From an uncultured bacterium (GTDB taxonomy: Bacteria > Omnitrophota > Omnitrophia > Omnitrophales > Abzuiibacteriaceae), in the NCBI GenBank assembly GCA_964387845.1, contig CAYLXA010000002.1, positions 160,001 to 224,000 on the forward strand: 64,000 nt of DNA. The letters run 5' to 3'. This document shows positions 31,173-41,417 of this stretch, piece by piece; position 1 is the stretch's first letter, and every line of letters starts with the position of its first letter. Below the pieces are notes generated by a model. It was not told where the DNA came from, searched no databases, and worked only from the letters and a program-made list of their open reading frames with translations. Made by a program: the position numbers and the translations under genes.

Positions 31173-32357
31173 CTAAATCGTCTTCAATCGTCTCACTACC
31201 AAAAGCCCCGACAATGTAAAAAATGCAATCGCCACGATCATTAAATGCAGTCCGATTTTTTCAAACAAAATACCACCTACGAAAGTACTGACCGCACTTG
31301 CCAGATTTTGTATGCTCATCAACACAGCAAACAGCGAACTTTCTACGCCTGTGGAATTCGCTAATTTTGCGGCAGATGAAACAAGCGGCAAAATGCTGAT
31401 ATAGCCTAAAATGCCGCACATGACGAAGATCAAAATTGCCGATGTTTTGTTATGAATCAGGCTGCAGGATAAAATTGCCAAAAAACCCACTGCGATTGCC
31501 ATCCCGAGCGCATATTTTAGCCGCATTTGCTTCAAAAACTTCAAATAAATAAAACAGCCGATGATCGCCCCGCCCCATGTCACGCTGCTCAAAATTCCGA
31601 GAAACTGCTCGCTGAAGCCCAGGGTTTCGCGCATATAAAAGAAAAGCGGCGTGGCGAGCGCTGCCGAACCTGATGCAATCACGATAAATAATGAGAACCA
31701 AAGCAAATCACCGGAAAACAGAAATTTGACGCATTGGGCAAGCGGCTGCAGGATGTTGATGGTCGGCTTTGCGCGGGTTTTCTGCTCCAAATAAAATGAT
31801 AACGCCATGATTGAAACGATGGGAAGCAGCGCGGTCCATAAAAATATAAGCCGGTATTCGTATTTTCCCGCCACATAACCGCCCAAGACACCGCTAATGA
31901 GGGCTCCGGCACTGCGCATACCCCAAGCGATACTTTGATAAATTTGAGAGGTTTGCTCGGTTGAATGCTCAACCACAATTCCATCGGTTACCACATCGAT
32001 TGCCGCAAAACCCAGATTCGCGAGCATCATCGCCAAAACCAAATAAGTCATGGTCGCCGGCAGTAGAAACATCAAAATCCAGCCGGATGACATGATTAAG
32101 CAATAAATCACCAAGTACGGTTTACGGCGGTAACCCCGGATTGGAAAAATATCAGAAACGGCGCCGTAAAAAATTTTTAGAAACCAAGGGATCGACGATA
32201 CCGACATGAAAATGGCGATTTCCTTGATACTAAAGCCAAGCGATCTTAAGAAAAGCGGCAGCGCAACACCGGAAATTCCTATAAAGCCCTGGATGAAATA
32301 TACGACGCCAATCAACTTTACAACGCCCGAATTAACTTTCTTCATAAAGGCGAACAT
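31173..32357 (-). CDS. MFS transporter
   Basis: 394 aa, about 12 TM helices; MFS-like loop motif GAVSDIFPIRGYRRKP between TM2 and TM3. Confidence 0.75.
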   Translation of the reverse strand: MFAFMKKVNSGVVKLIGVVYFIQGFIGISGVALPLFLRSLGFSIKEIAIFMSVSSIPWFLKIFYGAVSDIFPIRGYRRKPYLVIYCLIMSSGWILMFLLPATMTYLVLAMMLANLGFAAIDVVTDGIVVEHSTEQTSQIYQSIAWGMRSAGALISGVLGGYVAGKYEYRLIFLWTALLPIVSIMALSFYLEQKTRAKPTINILQPLAQCVKFLFSGDLLWFSLFIVIASGSAALATPLFFYMRETLGFSEQFLGILSSVTWGGAIIGCFIYLKFLKQMRLKYALGMAIAVGFLAILSCSLIHNKTSAILIFVMCGILGYISILPLVSSAAKLANSTGVESSLFAVLMSIQNLASAVSTFVGGILFEKIGLHLMIVAIAFFTLSGLLVVRRLKTI

Positions 32358-32372
32358 CAGTAATTGATTCCT

Positions 32373-32690
32373 TTAAGCCGAAAAGAAATCACGGGCACTT
32401 TGATTGCCGGCTGCTTTTTGAAAATCATCGTAGTCGATAAAACTTAAATCGGGCCTCTTTTCAAGAACCCTTTTGGCGATGATAAATCTTTCTGAGGGAT
32501 GTGAAACTGAGCGTCGGCTTGCGATAAAGGAGAACTTGGTTTTACAATTGGGGCATATGGTTGTTTTCCATGGATCGAGTCCTAATTCGCGGCATGCGGC
32601 ACAATCAGCAAGGCTGTCACCCAGGATGAGTAAATGATTTTTGACTTCTTCGATTTTAAAACCTCGCCATGTTCGGAGATAGAGACTCAT
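32373..32690 (-). CDS. Hypothetical protein with Cys4 zinc-ribbon (CxxC...CPNC)
   Basis: 105 aa; LADCAACRELG...TICPNCKTKF. Confidence 0.45.
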   Translation of the reverse strand: MSLYLRTWRGFKIEEVKNHLLILGDSLADCAACRELGLDPWKTTICPNCKTKFSFIASRRSVSHPSERFIIAKRVLEKRPDLSFIDYDDFQKAAGNQSARDFFSA

Positions 32691-32693
32691 GAC

Positions 32694-32969
32694 TCAGCGT
32701 ATATTTTTGCGCTTGGGCTTTGTTTCGGAGACCGGCTCTAACCCGATTTTGTGCGCAATTTCATTGAATTCCCGCCGCTCTAACTGATCTAGATTTTTGC
32801 GCTTCTTTTTAAGCTCTTCATTCAGCCTGATGGCTTTCTCCTGCATTTCCTCATGTGTCTGCTGAGAACCCCCCATTAACAAAAAATTTTCGCCCTTGGT
32901 TACGCGTTTATGCCCGCCCGCGTCATCCAAACCCAAACCCAATAAAATTCTTTTTTTTGGCGCTGCCAT
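32694..32969 (-). CDS. Hypothetical small protein
   Basis: 91 aa, charged C-terminal helix; tightly packed between neighbours. Confidence 0.4.
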   Translation of the reverse strand: MAAPKKRILLGLGLDDAGGHKRVTKGENFLLMGGSQQTHEEMQEKAIRLNEELKKKRKNLDQLERREFNEIAHKIGLEPVSETKPKRKNIR

Positions 32970-32984
32970 GCCGGCTTCCTTTAC

Positions 32985-33383
32985 CTAGTTGAGCCTATAG
33001 ACCAGATCATGCTCTCGTGCCCGCCCGTGAATCTCGAGCCCGATTTCATCGCCCTTCTTTGCGATCGGGACCGATAAATGATTAACCTGCATCGATTCCA
33101 CGTTTTGCTCAATGTGAGTCGTGTGACCTTTGATCAGGATTTTATCGCCAACTTTCAGTTGATTGTGCGTTACCTCTACAACCGCCGCTGACACTTTTGG
33201 GAAATAATGAGTGACTTTGCCAATCAAAACTCCGTCGACATCAAAAACCGGTTGCTTTACGGCTTTCTTTGTCGCTTTTTTCTTTCCAGGTTTTTTTGCT
33301 GTTTTCATTTTTAAAGTTTTGGGCTTTGCCTTTGATTTTTTTGCAGGCTTTTTTGCAGATTTGGATTTTTTCTTTTTAGCCAT
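32985..33383 (-). CDS. Histone H1-like lysine-rich tail fused to an EF-Tu-domain-2-like beta-barrel
   Basis: N-terminal 45 aa is K/A/P-rich (MAKKKKSKSAKKPAKKSKAKPK...); the C-terminal 85 aa matches the EF-Tu D2 pattern G.V..G.LKVGD.I.I.G....V.S.......A.KGDEIGL. Confidence 0.5.
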   Translation of the reverse strand: MAKKKKSKSAKKPAKKSKAKPKTLKMKTAKKPGKKKATKKAVKQPVFDVDGVLIGKVTHYFPKVSAAVVEVTHNQLKVGDKILIKGHTTHIEQNVESMQVNHLSVPIAKKGDEIGLEIHGRAREHDLVYRLN

Positions 33384-33400
33384 TTTCTGCCTCCTGATAA

Positions 33401-34906
33401 TTATTGAATAAAAGTGATATTAATATCTTCCATGTGCAAAACAGGGTCTGCCAATACCATCACCCGGCTTTTGGACGTGTTCTCAAGCTCTTGAATCGTC
33501 GTTTGCTCTTGGTTGAGCAAGCGCTCCGCCACCTGAGGATGCACGTAGACATTCAAGATTTTGCCTTTTGATGTATTGAGCGCACGGCGGATTTCTTTGA
33601 CTGTTTGAATGGACATCGTCGCGGCTGATTTGATAACGCCCTTCCCTTTGCAATAGTGACATGAATCGTAAACTGCGCTTTCAAGCGACGGCCGGATGCG
33701 CTGCCTGGTCAATTCGATCAATCCCAAGTCAGACATGGGCATAATATTGGTTTTGGCGCGGTCCTTCTTACGAATCGCATCACGAAATGCCCTGTAGAGC
33801 CTCCGCCTGTGGTCAGCTTCCATCATGTCGATAAAATCAACCACGATGATGCCGCCGATATCGCGCAAACGCATCTGCCTGGCAATTTCTTGAGCCGCTT
33901 CCATGTTGGTTTTGAAAACGGTCTCTTCTAAGTTGCGTCTTCCGGTAAATTTACCCGTATTGACATCAATGGCAACCAGGCCTTCCGTTTGTTCGATCAC
34001 AATATGGCCGCCCGAAGGAAGTATCACATTGCGCTGAAAAGTCTTGGCAATTTCTTTTTCAATATTGTACTTTTCAAACAGAGGGATCTGCCCGCGGTAC
34101 CAATCCAGATGCGGTTGGTAGTCCGGAATATAGAGCTTGAAAAAGCGTTTTACCTGGGAATACATGCCGTAATGGTCAACAACAAGGCTATCCATTTCCT
34201 CAGTAAAAAAATCTCGAATGATCCGCTCAACCAAATCCAATTCCTCATGAATCAAGCACGGCGCTTTCTGCTTGTCGATCTCACTCTTGATTCGCTCCCA
34301 CATTTTGAGGAGATATTTGACGTCGCGAACAAACTCTTTTTTACTTTTGCCTTCTCCGGCTGTGCGAACGATAAAACCGATCCCTTCCGGAAAATCGATT
34401 TCATCAAATATTTTTCGGATCCGATCGCGCTCAGCGCGCTCTTCAATTCTGCGGGAAATGCCCACACGCCGGTCGCCTGGCATTAAAACGAGATAACGCG
34501 CGGGAATGGAAAAATGGGTTGTTAAACGGGCGCCCTTACCGCGGATGGGCTCTTTGACCACCTGAACGATGATTTCCTGTCCGACTTTCAGGACCTCATC
34601 AATTCGAGGGATGGGAACTTTTTCTTTTCGTTCGTGTTCTTCTGTCTCTACGTCTTCGTATGTTGATTCGGCTAGCGGAGAATCAACTGCGTCCGCCACA
34701 TAAAGAAAACCGTCTTTCTTCATACCGAGGTCGATAAACGCTGCTCCAATTCCGCGGACTACGGATTTGACTTTCCCCTTGTAGATATTGCCGAACATCT
34801 TCGAGGTGTCGGCCCGCTCGATATAAAATTCGTCGAGCTGTCCGTTCTCTAGAATTGCTACACGTTTTTCGTTTGCTTCCAGTGAAATCAAAATTTCTTT
34901 TTTCAT
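33401..34906 (-). CDS. rng: Ribonuclease G/E family endoribonuclease
   Basis: S1 domain at the N-terminus (MKKEILISLE...GNIYKGKVKSVVRGIGAAFIDLG), RNase E/G catalytic core (DxxxxG...SGG.IVIEQTEGLVAIDVNTG); start at MKKEIL, not the upstream in-frame Met. Confidence 0.88.
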   Translation of the reverse strand: MKKEILISLEANEKRVAILENGQLDEFYIERADTSKMFGNIYKGKVKSVVRGIGAAFIDLGMKKDGFLYVADAVDSPLAESTYEDVETEEHERKEKVPIPRIDEVLKVGQEIIVQVVKEPIRGKGARLTTHFSIPARYLVLMPGDRRVGISRRIEERAERDRIRKIFDEIDFPEGIGFIVRTAGEGKSKKEFVRDVKYLLKMWERIKSEIDKQKAPCLIHEELDLVERIIRDFFTEEMDSLVVDHYGMYSQVKRFFKLYIPDYQPHLDWYRGQIPLFEKYNIEKEIAKTFQRNVILPSGGHIVIEQTEGLVAIDVNTGKFTGRRNLEETVFKTNMEAAQEIARQMRLRDIGGIIVVDFIDMMEADHRRRLYRAFRDAIRKKDRAKTNIMPMSDLGLIELTRQRIRPSLESAVYDSCHYCKGKGVIKSAATMSIQTVKEIRRALNTSKGKILNVYVHPQVAERLLNQEQTTIQELENTSKSRVMVLADPVLHMEDINITFIQ

Positions 34907-35073
34907 GTTGAATGGCCGTTTCGTAGTAATTGGGTTGTGATCTCTTGAGGCAAGCACTCCTCTCCAGCATGTGCTCAGGCTCCTTTTGTTTGGAACAAGC
35001 CTTTGGCTGTCCAAGCGTTGTTAAAATGCGAAAGAGATCGGATTGATGTTGATAATTGATGAACATATTGATC

Positions 35074-36699
35074 CTAAACAGCGGGCTGTGCCGCTTTCTG
35101 AGGTGCGATGACCGCTGTCGGGGTCGAACTTGTCACTGTTGTGGCTTTCATCGGCTGACCTTGCGTGTCAACGATGGTTACCGTAATAAAAAACAAAGTC
35201 TCAATTTTTGAATTTTTATCTTCTCCTTGGTCTCTAAAGTGACGTCGAAACAATCTGCCTAAAACCGGGATTTTTGATGCGCCAGGCACCGAATCTTCTT
35301 GGACTTGCTCGGCATCTCGCGCCAGGCCGCCAATTGCAATTGTTTCTCCGTTATTAATCAATACCTGAGTTTGTGCTGTTGTGGTTGTGAAAGAAGGTGC
35401 GACGAAACTTGATGAAAACGTCACGTCATCACCGCGACTGCTCACTTCCGGACTTAGGTCGACTAAAATTTCATTGGCTTGATTGATATGCGGAGTCACG
35501 TTTAAAACAACTCCGATATCACGATATGTGAAGCCGGTTACCTCAAAGCTACCGGTTGTTTCGTTGCGTTCAAACGACGGAATCGGGATCTGGCTTCCGA
35601 CCTGAACTTTTGCGGTTTGATTGTTTAACACAACAATGCGCGGATTGGAAACGATCTTTGTATTATTTTTTGATCGCAAATACTTCAGAGTTGCGTTAAA
35701 TGAACTAAAATTTAAAGTTCCAAAAGTGAACGTGGGCCTGTGTGACGCAAGCGTTAAATCTGGCGAGCCAATCGGTGCAACGCTGGGATCATTAACAGTA
35801 TCGGCTACGTTACCTCCATAAAACGCGTTAAAATGCGTTAGCGGGTTCTGGTCGCGGGTACCGCTTCCCGGAGCAGACCACGGAAACGTGACCTGGCGAG
35901 ACGCTCCCGTTAAGGATCCTTGCGGCGTCCAATTGATACCCAAATCTTCATTCTGATCAAGCTGAGTTCTCACGATTTTTGCATCGATATAGACCTGAGG
36001 CGTGCTCTTATCAAGACTGCGGATAACCTGGCCGATTTTATACAAATTAGTAGGAATATCCGTAATGATTACCGTGTTGGCGCGAGGCACCGATTTCACA
36101 CGACCTCGCTCAGAGAGTATGTCTTTGATAGCCGACTCCACTTCTGCCGCTGTTGTGTAATTTAAAACAAACGTCTCGGTTATCAATTCTTCGGTTGCAA
36201 GATTCTCTTTTGTTGTAACTCTGACTATGTTCTGCTCGCGCTCATAAACATACCCATAAGTCCGCAAAACAACCTCGAGCGCCTTTTGCCAAGGCACATC
36301 TTGAAGTCTGATCGTTACCGTCCCATGCACCTCAGGCCCGGCAACAATGTTGACGCCGCTTTTCAAACTCAATACCCGCAAAACATTTAAAATGTCAGCA
36401 TCTTTAAAGTCTAAACTAACATTTCCCGGACTGGTCGTTCCTTCACTGGCTGTTTGAACTGCTTTTGTATCGGCTGAGGGTTCAGCTGACGGAACCTCTT
36501 CAGAAGGACTGTATTCGTAATTTTCATTACCCGGTGATAACTCTGTGCTGTTTTGATCCAGGGGCGCACTCGCTTCGTTGGTGGGTTCTTCGGCCGACAC
36601 TTTGGCGGGCTCGACTCCGATCACCAAAATCATAAGTATAATGATCCAGGCAATTCGTCTAATCATGCTGAAGCCCGGAAGCTGTTGTGGTTGTATCAT
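35074..36699 (-). CDS. pilQ: Type IV pilus secretin PilQ
   Basis: Signal peptide, N0/N1 domains, C-terminal secretin domain (VVLNNQTAKVQVGSQIPIP...GETIAIGGL...VPGASKIPVLGRLF). Confidence 0.88.
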   Translation of the reverse strand: MIQPQQLPGFSMIRRIAWIIILMILVIGVEPAKVSAEEPTNEASAPLDQNSTELSPGNENYEYSPSEEVPSAEPSADTKAVQTASEGTTSPGNVSLDFKDADILNVLRVLSLKSGVNIVAGPEVHGTVTIRLQDVPWQKALEVVLRTYGYVYEREQNIVRVTTKENLATEELITETFVLNYTTAAEVESAIKDILSERGRVKSVPRANTVIITDIPTNLYKIGQVIRSLDKSTPQVYIDAKIVRTQLDQNEDLGINWTPQGSLTGASRQVTFPWSAPGSGTRDQNPLTHFNAFYGGNVADTVNDPSVAPIGSPDLTLASHRPTFTFGTLNFSSFNATLKYLRSKNNTKIVSNPRIVVLNNQTAKVQVGSQIPIPSFERNETTGSFEVTGFTYRDIGVVLNVTPHINQANEILVDLSPEVSSRGDDVTFSSSFVAPSFTTTTAQTQVLINNGETIAIGGLARDAEQVQEDSVPGASKIPVLGRLFRRHFRDQGEDKNSKIETLFFITVTIVDTQGQPMKATTVTSSTPTAVIAPQKAAQPAV

Positions 36700-36721
36700 A
36701 GTGCAATTCCTTTATTTTGGA

Positions 36722-37075
36722 TTACTCTTCGGTTCTAATCGCTACCCAAAACTCTTTCTCGCCGTCCGAGAATGATACTCCATCCTTGGTGATCTTCTCA
36801 ACGCGATATCCGCCAACTTTTTCACCCAACTTGATAATCGTCCCTTCTATAACTGCCATCGATGCACCGCCCGGATCTACTATAACGCCTTCTAGCTTAA
36901 AATTGGTCGGTGTTTGAGCTGTGCTTTCAACGTGCTGCGGCCGGTCGGTTGAAACAAAAAAGGGGTCGCGTTTGTCGTGCCTATCATAACGAAATTTATC
37001 CGCAAGTGCTATTGAAAAAATCAACTGAGCCGCAACAATGCCAGTAAGCACTTTCATTCCGTGTTTCATCGTCAC
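36722..37075 (-). CDS. pilP: Pilus assembly lipoprotein PilP
   Basis: 117 aa, signal peptide, RDPF motif, beta domain LEGVIVDPGGASMAVIEGTIIKLGEKVGGYRVEKI. Confidence 0.75.
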   Translation of the reverse strand: MTMKHGMKVLTGIVAAQLIFSIALADKFRYDRHDKRDPFFVSTDRPQHVESTAQTPTNFKLEGVIVDPGGASMAVIEGTIIKLGEKVGGYRVEKITKDGVSFSDGEKEFWVAIRTEE

Positions 37076-37698
37076 GCCTTCTGCGGTGCTTGCACAAACG
37101 CTACAACCTGGAACGTGCTTTGCAGCTTCTGAGAAACACCGCCCTTTGCAGATTGAATGGTCAGCTCACGTATGACCAGCCATTTACTGTAATTTTCGAT
37201 ATCATTCACAAAACGGCCGAAATTGTGATATCCGCTTTCGGCAGTTAGTTCGTAGGATGCGGTTAGATATTGTTGATTATAGGGAGCGGGCAGCTCGAAT
37301 TTTGCATCAACCGGACGAGATCCGACAATGTGAACTTTGTTTTTCTCTGCGATTTTTGACAACTCGCTGAGCAGTTGGTCAAGTTCTCGTATTTGAAGAA
37401 GCCCCGTCTTGGCAGTCACCAGCTCTTTTTGAAGATCGTCCATCTGTTTCTTTAAATCTGCCATCCGCATGACTTTTGATTTTGCGCCACCGAGCGTTGT
37501 TACCATTCGGTTCTTTTCATCTGTTAAGCTCCCGATCTTGACCATCAGCGGTATCAATATCATAAAAACCAGCACACAAAGCCCGCCGTATGTCAAAACT
37601 TGCTGAATGATTACTTTTCGATCGGTTTCAAAGCGTTTTTTGATACCCGCCAAAATATTTTTGGGGCTGCTTTTAGTTTTCGCCGGTGCTTGTGCCAT
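37072..37698 (-). CDS. pilO: Pilus assembly protein PilO
   Basis: 208 aa, single N-terminal TM, coiled-coil then ferredoxin-like periplasmic domain; position between pilN and pilP. Confidence 0.75.
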   Translation of the reverse strand: MAQAPAKTKSSPKNILAGIKKRFETDRKVIIQQVLTYGGLCVLVFMILIPLMVKIGSLTDEKNRMVTTLGGAKSKVMRMADLKKQMDDLQKELVTAKTGLLQIRELDQLLSELSKIAEKNKVHIVGSRPVDAKFELPAPYNQQYLTASYELTAESGYHNFGRFVNDIENYSKWLVIRELTIQSAKGGVSQKLQSTFQVVAFVQAPQKA

Positions 37699-37707
37699 TA
37701 TGTCAAC

Positions 37708-38310
37708 CTAAACGGTTTGAAACGACGCGTTAAACTGCATGACTTCCACACTGCCCATTTGTTCGCGGTTTGTACTCATCACCACTTTAACTTTCCTCGC
37801 CTTATCTTTCGGTCCTGCATTGCGATTGATCGTTTCTTCCAGTTTTGCCTTTACCGAATTGACGTACTCTTGAATTTGTGCAAGCGCTACCTGCTTGGAA
37901 GTCACTTTTGTGTATCCCTCTAGATCAAAATGAATCGATGCCTTTTCGCGGCGAATGCGAAATTGAGAAAACCACATACTGTCCGGCACCAAATCGCTCA
38001 AGTAGTTCATGATTTCCGAAATGTATACTTGCGAGATAACATACTGGTCAAAAAAAGCCTTTTGCGGCTGGAGGTCTTTTTCGACCGTTTCCATAAATTT
38101 ACCCGCCTGCTCACTGGCAGATTTGATTGATTCGTGTTCATTATTCATTTTGCTCAGTTGGTTCCGAACCGCTATAAAAACAATTGCATGATAAAGAATC
38201 GCCAGAACAACTAGCCCATAGACAGTAATCACAATCTTCTGAACCGGGATTTTGGATGTCTTTTTCTCAACTTGCCGTAACTCGATCGGAAGTAAATTGA
38301 TCAGAATCAC
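37708..38310 (-). CDS. pilN: Pilus assembly protein PilN
   Basis: MILINLLPIELRQ... N-terminal conserved INLLP motif of PilN, single TM. Confidence 0.8.
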   Translation of the reverse strand: MILINLLPIELRQVEKKTSKIPVQKIVITVYGLVVLAILYHAIVFIAVRNQLSKMNNEHESIKSASEQAGKFMETVEKDLQPQKAFFDQYVISQVYISEIMNYLSDLVPDSMWFSQFRIRREKASIHFDLEGYTKVTSKQVALAQIQEYVNSVKAKLEETINRNAGPKDKARKVKVVMSTNREQMGSVEVMQFNASFQTV

Positions 38311-39401
38311 GCCCCACCCCGCAGCGCAAGCCCTATGGCAACCGATAAGTAGGGTTGCAAAACTTTCAGCTTTGCATTGTCCGCATCAGATCCGACCTGA
38401 ATAGTATCAAGCGGATTCCATTGGGAGACTTTAAGTCCCGTTTCTTGCTCTAGAGTATTTGTCAGCAAATCAATTTGTGAAACCCCGCCGCTGACAAACA
38501 CGGCGCTTGGCGACTCTACATCTTGATGTTGGCTTTGAAAATAGTTAAGCGATAGCTTGATTTCTTGGATGATGGGGCCGAAGCTCGCCTTCAGCGCTTG
38601 CTCTTGCGCCGGATCCTCCCAATTTTTTTTAGTCTGAATCTGGTAAGCATCCAACTCATTAAGGCCCAGCTTTTTGGCCAAGGAAGCCGTAATGTCCGAT
38701 CCGCCCAGCGAAATATCGCGTGAAAACCTAAGGCTGCCATGATCTAAAATATTAATATTCGTATTGCGCGAACCAAAATCAATCAGAACCAAGCTTTTGC
38801 TTTTAGCATCCGGAGTTGTTTCGACAAATGCATTGGCAAATGCAATAGCATCTACATCGACTGCCGTAGGCTGCAACTCTGCTGCCTGAACAGCCGTGAC
38901 CGATTTCATCACTTCCTGCTTGCGCGCAGCGACCAAAATGACATCCATACTTTTCCCGGAGGCGCCTGATGAGCCGCCGCTATTCACGATGTGAAAGTCG
39001 AGAATCACCTCCGACATAGAGAATGGGATGTATTTTTCCGCCTCGTACTGAATGGCGCTTTCAAATTCCTCTTTTGCCATCCTGGGAAACGAAATAAATC
39101 TAAGGATCACGCCATGGCCCTTCATTGATATACAGACTTTTTTCTCAGTAATTCCGGCCGCTAAAAACAAATTTTTGATTTGAGCAGGTATTGGAATATC
39201 AGCTTTGAGCGATTCGTGCTCGGCTTTTTGTAAAATGATTTTATTCTGACTCATTGATAACTGAACGAGCGTGAGGGATGTATTGCCGATATCCAACCCG
39301 ATGCCGGACCGATTTTGCTGTGATTGGCGGGGGGAATCCTGCTTTTTGGCTAGAGGCGACAAGCGACTCAATTGCGACGACAACGCTTGAGGAATTTTCA
39401 T
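38307..39401 (-). CDS. pilM: Pilus assembly actin-like ATPase PilM
   Basis: 364 aa; actin/FtsA-like fold motifs (GLDIGNTSLTLV, LIDFGSRNTNI, VSGGVSQ). Confidence 0.85.
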   Translation of the reverse strand: MKIPQALSSQLSRLSPLAKKQDSPRQSQQNRSGIGLDIGNTSLTLVQLSMSQNKIILQKAEHESLKADIPIPAQIKNLFLAAGITEKKVCISMKGHGVILRFISFPRMAKEEFESAIQYEAEKYIPFSMSEVILDFHIVNSGGSSGASGKSMDVILVAARKQEVMKSVTAVQAAELQPTAVDVDAIAFANAFVETTPDAKSKSLVLIDFGSRNTNINILDHGSLRFSRDISLGGSDITASLAKKLGLNELDAYQIQTKKNWEDPAQEQALKASFGPIIQEIKLSLNYFQSQHQDVESPSAVFVSGGVSQIDLLTNTLEQETGLKVSQWNPLDTIQVGSDADNAKLKVLQPYLSVAIGLALRGGA

Positions 39402-39448
39402 TAAACTAGGCTCAATAGTTGCATAGAGATGGCTTTTAATAAACAGCT

Positions 39449-39460
39449 TATATTATATCA
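39449..39460 (-). promoter_or_regulatory. Candidate extended -10 (TGaTATAAT) promoter for pilMNOPQ
   Basis: Minus-strand reading TTTGATATAATATAAG about 50 nt upstream of the pilM ATG; no good -35. Confidence 0.3.
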
Positions 39461-39546
39461 AAGTATATATCGACATCCCTCCCGCTGAAATTGACTACTT
39501 TTAAGAGGTTTTTCTTGTGGGTCAAGGCATCTAAAAAACCGTTAAA

Positions 39547-41337
39547 TCATCGGTTTTTTTGAGTTTTCTGCATCTGCCTGGAGATTTTCTGAACTAAAGG
39601 ATCTTCCGGGTATAAATCGAGCAATTGATTGTAAAACCCATAGGCGCGCTCATAGTTTTGGGTCGATAGGTAGTATTGACACAACTGCGACAGGATCCCG
39701 CGGGAATCCGGATCAACCTTCAACCCCTCATTCAAAACAGCAACCGCCTCCTGGTCACGCCCTTGCCGCATCAGAAATTCGGCAAGATGCTGAAATGTCG
39801 GGACTGCGGGCTTTGTCTTCACAGATTGCCGGTAAAGCGACTCTGCTTCGGATAAATTTCCTTTTTGGTGATGGTATTGCGCCATCAAGTCCTCATACAT
39901 GAAAAGCAACTGGCCCGGCCTCCCCGGTTCAATCAGCTTCAAATAACGGTAAGCGTCATCCGGTTTCTGTAGAATTAAATAATTCTGTGCCTGCATCAAA
40001 ATATCTTTCTCGCTCGCAAACGGAAAGGATAGCACTTTGTCCAGGTATTCAATCGATTTTTGAATATCGCCCTGGATAAAATAAGTCACTGCCGAATTGT
40101 AGTAGAATCGAGGGTCGGGAAACTGGGAATTCGCCTGATCCGTTGCCCAAAGGTCTTGATTGTGCTGCCACTGTTTTACACGAAGAACGCTCAACCAAAC
40201 CAACGAAATTAAAAGCACTACCCCGATAAACGTCGCGATCCGCCAGCCGAATTTTGCACCGCGGCTTGATAGATATTTCTTCGCGATGATTTGCAATCCA
40301 GACATCCAAAATGCCGCAAAGCCAATAATGGGAATGTATAAATATCGATCATTCATGAGCGTTGAAATCGGAGTGAAAATGTTAGACACGGGGATCAGGA
40401 AAATAAAAAACCACCCGAACCAAAATGCAAGCTTTGGATTTTTTCGCCAACACCAACAAAAAAAGCATGCCAGAATAAAAATTCCGGCTAACGATGCAAT
40501 AACGGGAAACTCCCAAACCGACTGAAAAACGCGCGTGGTATAGAAAGTTCGCAGATTAAACGGATAAGCAAGATGAGCAAAGTAACGGAATAGAATAGTT
40601 GCCATGACCCAAAGATTGCTCCAAAAACCGCCGCCGCGGAATTGAAACTCCGTTGTCACGTGCAGCCCGATAGTCACCGCGGCCGAAAAGAATGCGAGAG
40701 CAAAGGTGCTTAGGTAAACAAATAATCTCCTTTTCCCTTCAAACGGTTTCTCAAATGCACGTTCATACGCGAAAAAGATAAGCGGCAAAACAACCACGCT
40801 CGGTTTTGATAACACCGCCAGGCCGAAAGAAATCACCGTGAACCAAAAACGCTTTTGTCTGAAACTGATGAAAGAGACAAGCATCCACAAAGTTGATAGC
40901 ACATTCTTCCTCTCGGCAATCCACACAACCGATTCAATTTGAACCGGATGCAGCGCAAACAGAAACGCGCTTACAACGGCGATAGGCAAACTTCCGATCA
41001 TGCTCAGGAGAAGGAAATAGACTACGGCGGTATTGATACAATGGATCGCAATATTGGTCCGGCGGTAGCCTTCTGGATTTAATTTTGAAAATTGATAATC
41101 AACAGCGTAGCTTGCGATTGTCACAGGAATATAGTTCAGGACATACTCCTTAGAAAACCAATGCTTCATCGACTCCAGGTCAATCCTTCGGATGTCGCCA
41201 TTTTGGATTACATATTCGTCATCGTCTAGATTTGTAAATTCATAGTGAATGGAAGGTGTGTATACAAACAAAACAAGCGCTACGACTGCCAGAAGCGGTA
41301 TAACTTTGTGGATGCTTTTGAAGTAGGATGTCATCAT
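39547..41337 (-). CDS. GT-C-fold membrane glycosyltransferase with C-terminal TPR repeats (PMT/TMTC-like); candidate pilin glycosyltransferase
   Basis: About 11 TM helices with an Asp-rich first-loop motif (FTNLDDDEYV) typical of GT-C enzymes, then about 6 TPR units; immediately downstream of pilA. Confidence 0.65.
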   Translation of the reverse strand: MMTSYFKSIHKVIPLLAVVALVLFVYTPSIHYEFTNLDDDEYVIQNGDIRRIDLESMKHWFSKEYVLNYIPVTIASYAVDYQFSKLNPEGYRRTNIAIHCINTAVVYFLLLSMIGSLPIAVVSAFLFALHPVQIESVVWIAERKNVLSTLWMLVSFISFRQKRFWFTVISFGLAVLSKPSVVVLPLIFFAYERAFEKPFEGKRRLFVYLSTFALAFFSAAVTIGLHVTTEFQFRGGGFWSNLWVMATILFRYFAHLAYPFNLRTFYTTRVFQSVWEFPVIASLAGIFILACFFCWCWRKNPKLAFWFGWFFIFLIPVSNIFTPISTLMNDRYLYIPIIGFAAFWMSGLQIIAKKYLSSRGAKFGWRIATFIGVVLLISLVWLSVLRVKQWQHNQDLWATDQANSQFPDPRFYYNSAVTYFIQGDIQKSIEYLDKVLSFPFASEKDILMQAQNYLILQKPDDAYRYLKLIEPGRPGQLLFMYEDLMAQYHHQKGNLSEAESLYRQSVKTKPAVPTFQHLAEFLMRQGRDQEAVAVLNEGLKVDPDSRGILSQLCQYYLSTQNYERAYGFYNQLLDLYPEDPLVQKISRQMQKTQKNR

Positions 41338-41350
41338 GCCTATAAAGCAA

Positions 41351-41382
41351 ACGGCACTTGGATATGATTCCCCAAGTGCCGT
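41351..41382 (-). terminator. Rho-independent terminator downstream of pilA
   Basis: Perfect 11-bp inverted repeat ACGGCACTTGG / CCAAGTGCCGT with 10-nt loop, 36 nt after the pilA stop, followed on the minus strand by TTGCTTTAT. Confidence 0.6.
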
Positions 41383-41417
41383 CGCCTTTTGTGAAACAGT
41401 TGCTCCAATACTGCTGA

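Noticed and set aside
39530-39558. Hairpin AAAAAACCG-ttaaatcat-CGGTTTTTT overlapping the stop of the GT-C/TPR gene, considered as terminator before pilM
   Set aside because: Stem is almost entirely A-U with only a 4-bp GC core; weak, so not listed as a feature
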